64,000 bases of DNA from Rhizophagus irregularis (GCF_026210795.1 NC_089434.1:4960001-5024000), one strand, 5' to 3'; shown: positions 11,481 to 24,395, counted from the stretch's first letter. Made by a program: numbers and translations. Notes: a model not told the origin generated them from the sequence alone.

Positions 11481-14226
11481 GTTTCAAACCACGTGATTAT
11501 ATTAAGAATTTTTTTTATATGCTTAAAAGTTCATAGCACTATGAAATCGGTTTTTGAAAAAAGTTTGATGTACTGTACATTTTTTTGGATCATATTCATT
11601 TCATTGATATAATTTATTATAATTGAATATTTAACTCTCTTCTTTATGATAATTTTCTTACTTAATCTCCTAAATGTCCTAATTTCTTTACCCTAAATCC
11701 CTTATCTAAAATTACGGTATTACCTAATCCTTCTGTAAAAAAAAAGTCGGTCCGTTTTTTATATTCCATCTTTTTTCCGTAAAAGGCTCATATTTCTAGA
11801 ATTAATAACCTTATATCACAGAACTTATCAAATTATTTACATTTTCTCATTTTTACGGAGATTTTACAGAAATAATAGATAAATAATAGTTATATGGCCT
11901 TAACCCATTATTATGCTTTTCACGCATAAAATTTCAAATCATGTGCGCGACAGAGCGCCGATAAATGACACAAATAAATACATTATCAGTTAATAATTAA
12001 TTTATTTTAAGGATCGCAGAAGGAGAAAATTCGTGAGAGTTTAGGATAAGATAGGTTCATTAGAAATAGATCAAGTTTTTATTGTTCTCCGATCCAAAAT
12101 TTACTAAAATGTAAAACAAAATAATTAAATAAATTTTTTTTGAATTGCATTCTAAGTAATTCATGTTGATTTAGAATATTTCTCTTATTAACATATGAAG
12201 GCAAAGAACAAATCATGAATTTAGATCACGTGAAGGCGTCTCTGACTCATTGTTCTGCGCCTTTACTTTGTATTTTGTCACCGAATTAATAATTATAAAG
12301 GGTATTTAATATTTTGCTGTATATGAAGGATCAGATGATGTTATGATAGAATATACAAGTGTTGTGATACTATGATAGAATATCTATACTAATATAAAAT
12401 ATGCCGATATAACTTGTAGTAAAACCTGATTCTTGACAATATTTGAAAAAAGATTTTATAAAATGGGAATAAAAAAAATTTTTTTTCCCACTGGAGGTCT
12501 TTTTTTAGGTTAAAACATTTTTTTTTATCAATAATACCTTTCAAGAATTAGGATAATTTTCTATAAACGAATTTTATTGTATTAACAAAAAATGTAAATA
12601 TTTTAATTTCAACATTCTGCACAGAATTGCAGAGATTCCGAAATCAAGCATTAGACTTCCTCAAATTGGGTATTCCTTTGACGAATAAGATTTGTAAACT
12701 AGCGGATGCATATGCCCAAACTCCGACTTTTCAATACTTTATATTGATAATTTTTAAAAAAATTTCACCTTAGGTTTAGTCGAATATAAGAATCTTCTTT
12801 TTTCTTTTGACATTTATTGGATTCCCTTTATCTTGAAAATTTCGTTCTTTTTAAATTTTAACTATTCTAATATCTTCATTTTTTAAAAAAATAGTATCTT
12901 CAAATATTTATCATTTTTTAGATATTAAAATTTAACATATGTTATTAGCATAATAAAAACAGGTCTAAAATTGATTTGGATCTATCATTATAGAAATATG
13001 CAAGATATGCATGACAAATATGCATAAAAAGTATTGGTAGGTTGTTTTAAAATGGGTTAGCTGCATCAACTGCGTCAACGTATATACATTATATTTTGAA
13101 ACATTTTCTCCTGCAGGAGATAAGGAAAACATAAAAAATTTTCACACGGAACCTATATAATAATTATTTTTATGACGTTACTATAATTGAAATACATATT
13201 AATTTTAATAAGAAAAAAAAAACTTGCATATCATATTAGTGCTGGTTGCTTGTTCCACAATAACCAACAAAGGTTAAGGTGATTTCGATGAATAGCATAT
13301 AGTAATACAAGATATTCATAAATTATGCAACTCAATGTGTATCTATTATTGGTGACATTTTGAATAGAATGTCTTTTTATATATCCACTTTATCTTTAGT
13401 TGTTTTTATCTCTTTTGAGGCATTTTCTGTTTGAATAATACAAATAAATATATATTTAAGAGGGAGATAATAAATTATAAAAGTAAAATGCTGTATTATA
13501 CAATGATACTAAAGTAAAATATGTTTACAGTAAATTATTTTAATATAATATATTCAATAAATTATGTGTATATATTTAAAAAAAAAAGAAAACCCATGAA
13601 GAATGGGGAACTTTTCTTAATTGGCATCGTTGTTTTTACGCCAATAATTAATTTAATCTTTTTACTTCGTTGGCGTCTTTCATTAATCTCATTTTACGTA
13701 AAAATTATGTAAGTTTTTTCAAGTTTAAACAACTTCTTTTGTTTGTATTGCACAAAATAAAAGCGCGTTTAAGTCTGATTGTAATATATATTTTTAATTC
13801 ATACATCCGGAAATTCCTTTGTGATCAAATGATTTGATCATATGGTTCAATGTAAAAGTAAGAATCTTTCAATAAATTATGTTATCTGAAATCTCATTTA
13901 CACTTGTGTGCTTGCTCATGAGGCCTACGAATGCATTTGAACTAAGCTTCAATAGGAGTTAACCGTTAATTTACAAATCACATTTCACGCGAAAAAAAAT
14001 ATAATCCAACTTACACTGAGTTCTTCCCGAAAAAACTTGAAAGCATATATTTATGTATAATTATACAATAATTGTACAACTTTCATGTATGACAATCAAT
14101 CACTCATGGAATTATTATAAAAATCGTTCATTTTTGCCCAAGCTACCAGAAAAAAAAAAAAAATAATAATTACCTCCCTAAATAAAAATACCTATTTCCA
14201 CTGTTATTAAGCACTTGTGCTTAATA

Positions 14227-14275
14227 CAGTCAGACCTCTATAAATGCACAATGTGCAATTATGGAGGTCTGACTG
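14227..14275. mobile_element. 49-bp minimal Tc1/pogo-type MITE with TA target duplication
   Basis: TA|CAGTCAGACCTCTATAA ... TTATGGAGGTCTGACTG|TA. Confidence 0.85.
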
Positions 14276-14309
14276 TAACAGTGAAATAATTATTATATTC
14301 TTATCCATC

Positions 14310-15880
14310 ATGAAGATTACAGAATTCGTAAGAAGACCACGTGAAGGAAGACCGATTAAAGTTACATTACGATGTATCGATTACACCCAGATTCTTCTGT
14401 GATTAAATATGAAGATATTTAACTGTTTTGTGACTCAATGCCTTTTTTGTTTTCTTCAGTATATTTGGTTTTCCTTGGTTTTTTAGTCTATTCTTTAGTC
14501 TATTATATTTGGTTTTCTTAAGTCTATTATATTTGGTTTTCTTAAGTCTATTCTATTTGGTTTTCTCTAGTCTATTCTTTTGTTTTCTTTAGTCTATTCT
14601 ATTTGGTTTCTTTAGTCTATTCTATTGGTTTCTTTAGTCTATTCTATTGGTTTTCTTTAGTCTATTCTATTTGGTTTTCTTTAATACGGCGAGAAATTGG
14701 TGTTTAGTAATGGTACTACCTGGGATGTGCGAGACCAGTATTCGATAGTACGTAAAAAAAAAATATTTTTCGTTAAAAATGTGGTCAATATTGAATATTA
14801 ATTATATTCATAAATTTGGTGCAACTAGAAACAAAGTCGTGACGAGACCCTTCACCACAAGAATTTACGATAAAAATAGAGTTGGGCACATAGTGATGCA
14901 GAACTAGATCAGTTTTTTATAAGCAGCATGACCAACAATTGCCGAACGGGTAAGTTTTTTTTTTATTTTCCTTTCTTTCTTTTTATAAAACTGAATCTCA
15001 TAATGAATTATAATCATTTATGTAATAAGCAATAATGGCGCTAAACATTATCATTGGTCACAAGGTTTCTACAGTACATGCTAGTGTAGGTAGATCTTTT
15101 TACATCCCGCAGGGAGCTTATCTTTATCACTGGAGCCCGTATTGCCAAAGGAACTTTTGGCTATTTGCATTTTTTGCATTTCTCACGATATGGTCAGTCA
15201 ATGGATTATATAGCACTCAGTTGGAAGATTTGGAAGTTGACCAGTCATTTTTTTTTTATTTTCTGAAGAAAAATAAAGAAAAGTTTTTGGTGAGGATAAT
15301 AAACGCCAGATGCGTTCCCTTCTGTTCACTTATCCAAACTTTTGGATAAATTATGCAATATCATATAATTATAAGAATTTGTTTTCTAAACAAAAAAAAA
15401 TATTTTGTATATAACAGGGTCAATGACATATGATGAAAAAAAGGTAGACTAGATGATGACATTAACTCGTCAGGATCCGTCCATTCGTACCAATATGATT
15501 TGAGCCGGGGGTTAATATACTAAATTATCGAAATGAATATATGCAACAATTTGGGGTGAGTAAAAAAAAATAAAATAAAATTAGATCTAATGAAATGGCC
15601 GTGATAGGTTTAAAATATGTATTATTGCGATATAGGAATGAATTATATTTTGATTATAATTTTATCTTCAATAACGCGAACAGGTGGATGCAAGAGTTCT
15701 TCTCACCCGCTATTAAGAGTTCAATCATGTAACATGGAACTTACGTGATAAACTCGCAACCGGAGCCACCCTCGGCCTTGGTGTGTTTTGGCTTTTTTAA
15801 AGCCCTTACATTTTATCCCGGTCATGTTGTTTCTGTGTTCGTAAGAGACAAGCAACCGTGTGTCAAGATACAGGGATGAA
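14310..15880 (+). pseudogene. Argonaute pseudogene (N, L1, L2 and MID fragments; large deletions)
   Basis: Collinear fragments: MKITEFVRRP..EGRPIKV and HYDVSITP (14310-14390), MTNNCRT (~14930), MALNIIIGHKVSTVHASVGRSFYIPQG (ArgoL1-like), LNILNYRNEYMQQFG (~15510-15557), VDARVL (~15684), WNLRDKLATGATLG (~15734) and CQDTGM (~15861). Introns, stops and frameshifts are present. Confidence 0.85.
14455..14682. repeat. ~22-25-bp minisatellite (TTTAGTCTATTCTATTTGGTTTTC) x ~9, inside the Argonaute pseudogene
   Basis: Direct inspection. Confidence 0.9.
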
Positions 15881-17274
15881 ATATATCCGGATCATCTGAC
15901 AGATAAGAAATTTTTTGATGTAAGTATACTTTATAATTTTTAATAATTATGTGAATATTCTTGTTTGGATGATAATAATAATTAATTTTTATAAAATTTG
16001 TAGGTTTCTATAATTTATTTTATATATGAAGCAAGATATCCGGATATATGATTATACGATGTTGCAAAAAATATCAATTATCCAAAATTGGGAGATTTTT
16101 TATTGTTATCGTAGCTTTGTAATATGATAATTATAAAGTAATAAGTGGAAATGTTTCAAGTGTTGTGGCTGTTGGGATGGAACGGAGATGGGAGCGCGTT
16201 TATGAAATTTTTGCATTAAGATATTCACTTTCATTTTAAAGTTGAATCAACGAACTTCCAAAAGAACCTTCCCCTTCGTTAACAGCTAACTTCTTATAAA
16301 CACTTTTTTCTTGAGTTAACGATTTCTAAAAAATCTCTTTCACAAATCATGAATTTCGTAGACTACAAAATTCTTTCAAACTTAATTTGATAATATTAAT
16401 ATTAAATATTATAAATTTAACATTAAATTAAACAGCAGTAAATAAAAATGCGTTTATAAAGTATAAATTATTCATATGTCATGCTGCTTAGTATAAAGTT
16501 TATATTAATAAATTATAAATAAGCGTTTTTTATAATAAATTATTCTACAAAAATTTCATATATAAATTCCGATCCAGAGAAATTTGACCGTCAAAGCAAA
16601 CAGTAATTGTTTATTTTGGGTACCGACATTGTGTTATCGTTAACACGTTTAATTTGGCGTATAATGGTTAATTTGAAAAGAAGATAATAATAATAGGATC
16701 TTAATCTTTGCATAAAATTAATTATTTATAATTTGTAGGTTCTTTTAAAAAACTAATAAAACTAATAAAATTTATTAATTATATTGTGGTATTTACTTAA
16801 TTTTGTGGCACTAATTTATTTGACATTTATTTATTCATTTTGTGAAATTATATACTAAATATCTTACTAGTAAGAAACTTGCATTATGGATCAGATCATA
16901 TTTTGTAATAATTTTTAAAAATATCGCAAAATTATAATTTCTATTGTAAAATCAATAATTTTTTTAACATTGCAAAATTAAATGTTTTTATTATTTTTTT
17001 TTTTATTAATATTTAATAATACATCACAAAAATTAAAAATCACTTCGCAAATATTAATCATAAATTTTTGTAAATTTTATTTATTTTGATTGATTTTTTT
17101 TTTAAAAAAAAAGAACTTGCTCTTAAATTGCGATAGAATTTCTATATTATGCCATTATATTTCAAGAATAGTTTCGGAATAATGAATGTCTAAAATAATG
17201 TGGAGGATTCTGAAGTTTCGGGATTATGATTTGTCAGGATTGTGAGCGTCGGGTTTGTGTTGTAGCGGTAAATC

Positions 17275-17375
17275 GTTTAAGATATGTATTATTGCGATAT
17301 AGGAATAAATTATATTTGATTATAATTTTATCTTTAATAATGCGAACAGGTGGATGCAAGAGTTCTTCCTACCGC
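17275..17375 (+). pseudogene. Duplicated Argonaute intron plus VDARVLPT exon piece
   Basis: Near-identical to 15608-15710 (ATATGTATTATTGCGATATAGGAAT...GAACAGGTGGATGCAAGAGTTCTTC). Confidence 0.8.
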
Positions 17376-18767
17376 AAGGATTCATTGAATGATTAATGTG
17401 TGCATTTAATTTATTTGACCTGATCCAGCACATCACGACTCACGAGCTTAGACAATCTAATAGCAATCAAAACATAGTAATTAATTATTATCATAATTTG
17501 GGTATATAGCAGAATACTATTTATTTTTCTAAAATAAACCTAATTACAATTATAATAAATCTTAATAGTTAATAAATTTGAAGGGGTGTTATCTTCAAAG
17601 CATAATCACTTGGAACCATTGCCTGAGTAGTCCAGGAGTGTTTCTTTAAGATTCGTAGTTAGAGGGAAGTCCGGATTCACCTATAATCTGGCACAAAAAG
17701 GCAAACGCAAATGTAAGTAATAAGATTTATCATGGAATGAAATTATAATAAAGCAACAACCTTCCATTAGATTATGAATATCAGATAATAATAATAAGTG
17801 GATATTATTGATAATCTAAATATTAAGTGCTTTTGTCTTTTGAAACACAACCAGATGGATAAAGAAAATTTAGCAGATATTCTGGAACCTCAATTTATAA
17901 CTTTACGAAAGAAACATTAAACCAGCAAAGAAATTACCTTTAACCAATAAAATTTACATTTAAAAGAAAGTTTATATGGCTAATTAATTGAACTCATCAA
18001 AGGCACGTTAAAGTTTACAATTAGTAATAAGAAACAACTGAAACAATATTAACAATATTCAAAATTAACAATTTTAAGAGATTCGATTACTATAATTTAA
18101 TGAAATAAGGAAATATTTCTGTGATATACTGTGGTTCTTAAGTTTTGAAATAATATGATATGAATTGATGAAAAAAGAAATTCATTCGCTCCTACAATCC
18201 TATAACCTATTATTTTGTTTGAGATGGAACTTTCTGAAAGATTCACCGATTTATATTATTGTGAACATGACTGGTCACGAGCTAATTAAGTTATTTCGTA
18301 GATTACGGTAGTAATCTATTTATGAAACTTAAAAGTCTTCCTAATTTTGGAAGTTTATCGAAGAATTTCATATCATTATGAAAACGATCTTGTTTAATTG
18401 CAAAAATTTTTTCGCAACCAATAAAGACCAAGTAACTAAACATCTTTATATAATCTTTATTAGTATAAAACTTAAGTATGATTTATCATAAACTTTTAAG
18501 TTTCGTCATTGATAAATTGTTCGTTGTTTATCAGATACTTTAACGTTGGGATAATGATTGAACATATTTTTTAATTTACTAAGATACTCGTTTAGATTTT
18601 TTTTTTCAAATTAAAAGCGGTTTTCAAAAAATAAATAAATAATAATTCTGACGAAAATATTATGCAGACAAATAGAATCATGCTGTTTTTGATGATACTT
18701 TTGATGCATTACGTATATATGAAGCAATTGAAGCATGATCTTGGACATCTTCGCAGTTTTCACAAGG

Positions 18768-19025
18768 ATGCAAGAATCCCGAGCAGTCATGTCAACTCAT
18801 GTGAATTTCATGAAAAATTATTTTCTAGTCATGTGTCCCTTGGTAGCATCATGAATGAATTCCTGGCGCAAAGATAATCTTCAATTTCACAGTTTGTTGA
18901 TTCTGTAGAAGTATGTTGATTGATCTTCCGAACCTGGAGAAATTTCCGAAACTTCCGAAACTAAACGTCACGTGAATTCCTTTTAATTGGTGACTAAATT
19001 AGGTGATATTTTCGATCTTTCTCAT
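18768..19025 (+). repeat. Dispersed ~260-300-bp repeat, copy 2
   Basis: See the entry for 5645-5970. Confidence 0.85.
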
Positions 19026-19237
19026 CTAATCATCTCGCAAAAATGCAATATTTATGCGAACCCGTCGTCGCGTTTAATCATAAATAAACATTTCCCTTTT
19101 TTCTTTTCGTCTGACTTTAAAAAACAATCAATTATTAATTATCATTTTCTTTTAACTGTTTACGCAAAATTTACCTTTTCTAACCCTTCTCAAATGCTAC
19201 TCCTTATAATTCCAACAAAAAAAAAAGAAAAGAAAAG

Positions 19238-22025
19238 GTTCTGGTGGTCGCTTTAAGTCTTTGGTATGAGAGACCATGCTATATAAGGTAGAAAAGTATC
19301 AGAAGCAACCTGTGTATACTGGGATCTATTTTGGAAAAAGGGTTAACCACAAGAGTTGGAAGCATTTTTTACTAATTATTGTTCTAAAGTATCAGCTGGT
19401 ACAAGACAATCTTGCAAAATCTGAAGGAAATATATCTTGATTACAAAATATTACAAAAGATGATATAACCAATCTTTCATCTAAAAAGCGAAAACTTTAA
19501 TGATGGTTCAATTCAAACAAAAATAGGAGATTTCGTCATTTCATGTAAGTATTAACTCTCTTAGGATTAGAACTCATGAAGTTGATCGTGCTTGTGTAAA
19601 AGCATTTTTTGTATGTGGCACTCCATGGCATGTAATTGAAAATCTTTTTTTATTGAATTTTTGAAGACTCTACGCCCAGGATATACTCACCATCAAAAGA
19701 ATTACTTTCTGGCAACCTTTTATCACAAGAAACTGCAGTTGTAAACACACGAGTTATTAAAGAATTTAAAAATACAGCAAATTTAATATAGTGTATGTTA
19801 TTCCCAACATCAATGTTTAGTGATTTAACAATTTTAGTTAATCTTTATTCTTAAACTTAACAGTCAATTGGAATTTTTTAATTCATACATCCAACCATAG
19901 AGAATATTTGTGGGCGCTAAGGTGTCTATTAAGTTAAAGTCATACCGGCGAATTTTATTCGAAACAATTGAAGAAATTATTGATGAAATTGGTCCAGTAA
20001 ATTTTTCAGTAATTGTAACAGATTCAGGAGCAAATATTCTACAGAAAATATATAAAATATTTTTTAATGTACGTTGTATGGCACATGATATTAATTTGAT
20101 TTCAAAAGATATTTGCTCTACTTAACAATGTGTAATACTGCAGTGACATATTTTAAAGAAAGTCCATCAAGAAGGTAATTTAATTTTAAAATTTATTATT
20201 TATTTATTTTATTTATTTTTTGATATTATAATTGTTTTATTAATTTTTTTATTAAAAAATGTTCTGTATTAAAAGAAGCTAAAGCCTGTGATATTAGTAG
20301 AGGTTATTGAAAAAGTGGATATATAAAGTACCATTAGAAAATGTAAGATTTTGAAATTATTGTCCGAATTCATTTAATTACTGATTTAACAAGTAATTTC
20401 TTTTTTTTTTGCCTTTTTATTTAGTCAAAATTGAAAAACCCGAAACTCTTTCAACAGCAGTATTGTCAGTTCTACGGCCACGTGCGTTTTTATTGATGAT
20501 TTATATGCGTTAGCATTTACATCCTATTAAATATTTATGGTGGTTATAATCGACCTATATGTATAATTGGTCAACCCTCAAACAACACAATAGTTATACA
20601 CGCAGCCATCCATACTAAAAACAAGAACCGATCAAATATTATTATATAAAACAACACATTTGGTCGCGACGATCCTAACTCGTTACAAATCTCGCCACTT
20701 GGGATACCCGATCAACTATGCACAGTCAAGTTCAACGACGAAATTACTATAGATCGAGACTTAAGAAAATCTTTAAAGAAGATCATTAATTTCAGAACTC
20801 TGGAACATCATATTTCCCATCGCACATTTATCATCAATTTAAACATTTCACCCTTGATTAAATTATAGATTAGGAATACATACAATTATGGATAAAATAT
20901 AATCCTTTTGATAGACCCACTAGCCTCAAGTATAGTAAGCTGTAAGCTGGCGTGTTAAGGCTTCTAGTTACAACCTCCCGACTTTAGACATACTGAACCG
21001 ATATCTTGAAAGGATTCGATCAATGTTTTTTCTGTCATGATTCACCAGAAACCAATGAACATTTGTGGATTTGCCCAAAAGTTTTAGAAATAATGAAACC
21101 CGTCTTTGATAAACATAAAGAAATCTTTAAGACAACGATTACAGCTAATTCTGACAGTTTGACTGCACTATACGAAGATTGCATAAGTTTTGTCCAATTT
21201 TTACCTGTACTAATAACCCTCCGACGACATTGAGTGAAGCTCCGGCCCTCCACTGTTTATTACTCAATTTAATCCCAAAGGATATAATATACCCATATAG
21301 AGCTGTAGGTTTAAATAAAGCCTCGATCAAAAAGTTATTATTAAAAAAATTTTTATCAGATCTTCACGAAGATATCTTCAAAACTTTATGGCATGCACGA
21401 AGTGCCGAATGGAAAAAATGGAAACAGGAACACCAAATCACGAAGACAACGTTCACGACTTACCGGAAACGCAAATGTCATCATGATGAAGACCATTTTT
21501 CTGGTCCATCTAATGAATCAGCTCGCGTCACTCACACGGTTATATTAATCCGTCCAATGATTCTCGTCGCGTTCTCGACAACTTCATTTTATGATTTTAT
21601 GGATATACCTCACTAGTTCAAATTTCCGTCACAATCTCCCATGGATGTCATCATTAAACATAGACTTATCATCTGCTATTTTTACTCGGTCACACAATAG
21701 ATTTAATTATAGTTTATTTTATTTTAATATATAGGCTCTTCAGTTTCTTTTTTTAACTTTTTATTTTTATTTAGATTAGTCCTGGTCTTATTTTCTTGTT
21801 CTTAATTTGGGCAGTAGCGTAGTTCCCCTGTTTCAAATAGCAGCTACCGAAGGTGAGGTCCTGTTTGGCGGGATGAATATCAATGATCTTGTTCTTTAGA
21901 TAGCTTATCTTTGTTTTCTTTGTATACAAAATACTATTAATGTAACTGACTTTGAATAACCACTCTTTAGAAATAAAATAAGTAAATAAAACGTCCTATT
22001 AAATAATCAATTGCAGCGTTAGAAT
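19238..22025 (+). mobile_element. hAT (BED finger / DUF659-type) transposase relic, interrupted by a LINE
   Basis: Fragments EVDRACVKAFFVCGTPWHVIEN, EFLKTLRPGY, SKELLSGNLLSQETAVVN, FSVIVTDSGAN, VRCMAHDINLISKDI and DDLYALAF. The sequence resumes after the LINE (RPIK*SIAALE at ~21992-22025). Confidence 0.8.
20534..21990 (+). mobile_element. 5'-truncated non-LTR retrotransposon (LINE 3' end, zf-RVT-like region)
   Basis: LPTLDILNR and CFFCHDSPETNEHLWICP cysteine motif. A-rich tail at ~21971-21990. 15-bp TSD ACATCCTATTAAATA (20519-20533) / ACGTCCTATTAAATA (21991-22005) with one mismatch. Confidence 0.85.
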
Positions 22026-22383
22026 GGAACCGGAAATACAAGCGAAATTGGTTACGGATTAGGCAAATTCTTTTGTCTAAATGTACCTCTCAAAGATTGA
22101 ATTGATGATAATAGCCATGTTTCATTGTTCAAGGATGTTATGTTAGATGTAAGAGATCGTTATCAACCAAGTGTTATTTTATTACAATGTGGAGCAGATT
22201 CTCTCGGAAAAGATAGATTACGAGGTTTTAATATAAGTATTAAAGTATTAAAGTTCATGGAGAGTGCGTAAGATTTATAAAAAGTTGGCAGATTCCCTTG
22301 TTAGTTCTTGGAGGTGGCGGTTATGGAGTTCCTAATGTAGCAAGATGTTGGACTTATGAAACTGGAATATTACTTGAAGTGTT
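22026..22383 (+). pseudogene. Class I histone deacetylase (Rpd3/Hos2-like) C-terminal catalytic fragment
   Basis: Translates as GTGNTSEIGYGLGKFFCLNVPLKD*IDD...[27 protein letters not shown] / [37 protein letters not shown]. One stop, plus an 8-bp duplication (GTATTAAA) that causes a frameshift. Confidence 0.92.
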
Positions 22384-23279
22384 GAATTTCTTGATAGAAT
22401 TTAGAGATGCTAGTTTAGAGATAGAAAACCTTTAATGTGGAGATAATGAATATTTTGATGGGACAGTGATAATGATAAATGTTGATATGATTTAAAATAT
22501 GTAATAATTTTTTTTTTTTTTACGAGTAACTTTGGAAATAAATGCTTTTTCTCGGTCTCTCTTCTTTTTTAGAATCTTAGTGATTGGTAAGATGTTTATA
22601 ACACTTTTTATTCATTTTTGTTTCAAAATAAAAATTACACTTGGCTAAAGGACAACTATTGGTCAGAATAGGCATATCATTAAGAAGTTGGGTTTTAAAG
22701 AACGTTGACCAAAATAGACAATTAAAAAATAAAAAAAATAAACTTGAATATTTGCAGCCAATTGTTCTAATAAATATACAACTTTATAATATTATCATAT
22801 CTTTGGTTTCTAATCCTTTCACGAATTTTATTGTCTATGTCACCGCCGAACATTAAGTAAATTTAGCTAGCCACCTAGGCTTCGTTCATCAGCTCAAATC
22901 TTGAGTATGCCTACAACCATAACTGTAGCAGCAAGAATCAGTACTACTGTGTAACTGCCTTCACTTAAGACAGAATTTGTAGAATTTGTCCAAATATTCT
23001 ATAATAAATAATAAATAATAAATAATAAATAATAAAGATTAAAGCTAAAGTTTTCACATCAATCCCTTCAATATATATATAATTTGAATGCTAACAAACC
23101 TGATAACGCTAACATATTTGAAAAATCATGAACCGCTCACTTGTGTCCTGATCCTAATCACTTGTAATTGAGCTTGTAAGTAAATGTTCATGAAAGAGCA
23201 GGATAACGCGGCTTGGTTTTCTCAATAATCTTTAACCAAGTGATGAATTCTTTAACAGTATGTTATGTAACATCAGCGG

Positions 23280-23777
23280 TCGTTTTGATGAGCGCAATTT
23301 TTCAAATACGCATCCGTTTCTTGTTCTTCCAAGTATCGGAATCGTCAGTCGGATTCTCTTATTCAGTTAAGAAATTCTTTAGGTATTCAAATAATTAAAG
23401 GTGATGCAGTTGGATCAGACTTTACTCATATAATAGTGTGATCTAAAGATAAATTTATTCCAAAAAAAGGAGTTTATTTAAAATACCTTTATTCTTATAT
23501 ACTAGAATTTTGAAAATCTATGCCTAATTCTTGCCACTCTTCTATTTCATCTATGTCGGAAAACGTGGCTTTTTTAAAGAACTAGATTCCCTGAATATTC
23601 CAACAAAAAGAAAAAGAAGTCATTAATCTTTTAGTAAATAATTTTTTATTAAATTACCATGAAAGACGACATTTCAAAAGAAAAAGAAGTCATTGATAGT
23701 ACTGAATAAGAGAAGCATCCAAAAGGACGATTCATCGTTACTTGGAAGAACAAGAACAAGATCGCGCATCAAAACGA
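23280..23777. repeat. Long imperfect inverted repeat (arms 23280-23367 and 23701-23777)
   Basis: Four perfectly complementary blocks of 11, 18, 8 and 14 bp in mirrored order. Confidence 0.85.
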
Positions 23778-23989
23778 TCGCGACGCGCTGAGTGTAATAA
23801 AGTTGATAAAATTATTTCTTTGTTTTTGTTTCGAGAAAGTTTTAAAGTTTAACCACTGTTTGAACAAAGACCTCTATTTATATACAAAATTGCAAGATAT
23901 TTTCCTAATTCAGTAAATCACCATACGTGGAGTAAAAATAACGAATAAAAAGTAATGCAACTTTTTTTTTTAATGGTCCCAAATCCCGA

Positions 23990-24395
23990 TTAAAATAAAT
24001 GATATTCTATTGGCTTAATTGTTTATGACTATAAAAAAAAACGAAATAATTTATAAGCCCAAAATTAATTATTCTATTAGCTTAATTGTTTATAGCTTTT
24101 ATAAAAAAAAAAAAATGAAATATGAAAAACTAAGTCCAAAAAATTAATTATGATTCTATTGGCTTAATTGTTTATGACTTTTATAAAAAAAAAATGAAAT
24201 AATTATAAAAAACTAAATCTAAAATAAATTATTCTATTAGCTTAATTATTTATAACTTTTATAAAAAAAGCCCAAAATTAATTATTATATTGGCTTAATT
24301 GTTTATAGTTTTTATAAAAAACTAAATTCAAAAATTAATTATAATTCTATTGACTTAATTGTTTATGACTTTTATAAAAAAAAATATAAAATAAA
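23990..24395. repeat. ~55-80-bp tandem repeat x ~6-7, core TTCTATT(G/A)GCTTAATTGTTTAT
   Basis: The core recurs at ~24005, 24072, 24154, 24232, 24285 and 24345. Confidence 0.88.

Noticed and set aside
4933..13712. Short 60-100 aa ORFs in AT-rich intergenic DNA (also most short ORFs at 50-57 kb)
   Set aside because: Composition dominated by F/I/L/K/N/Y, many with non-ATG starts and no motifs; expected by chance.
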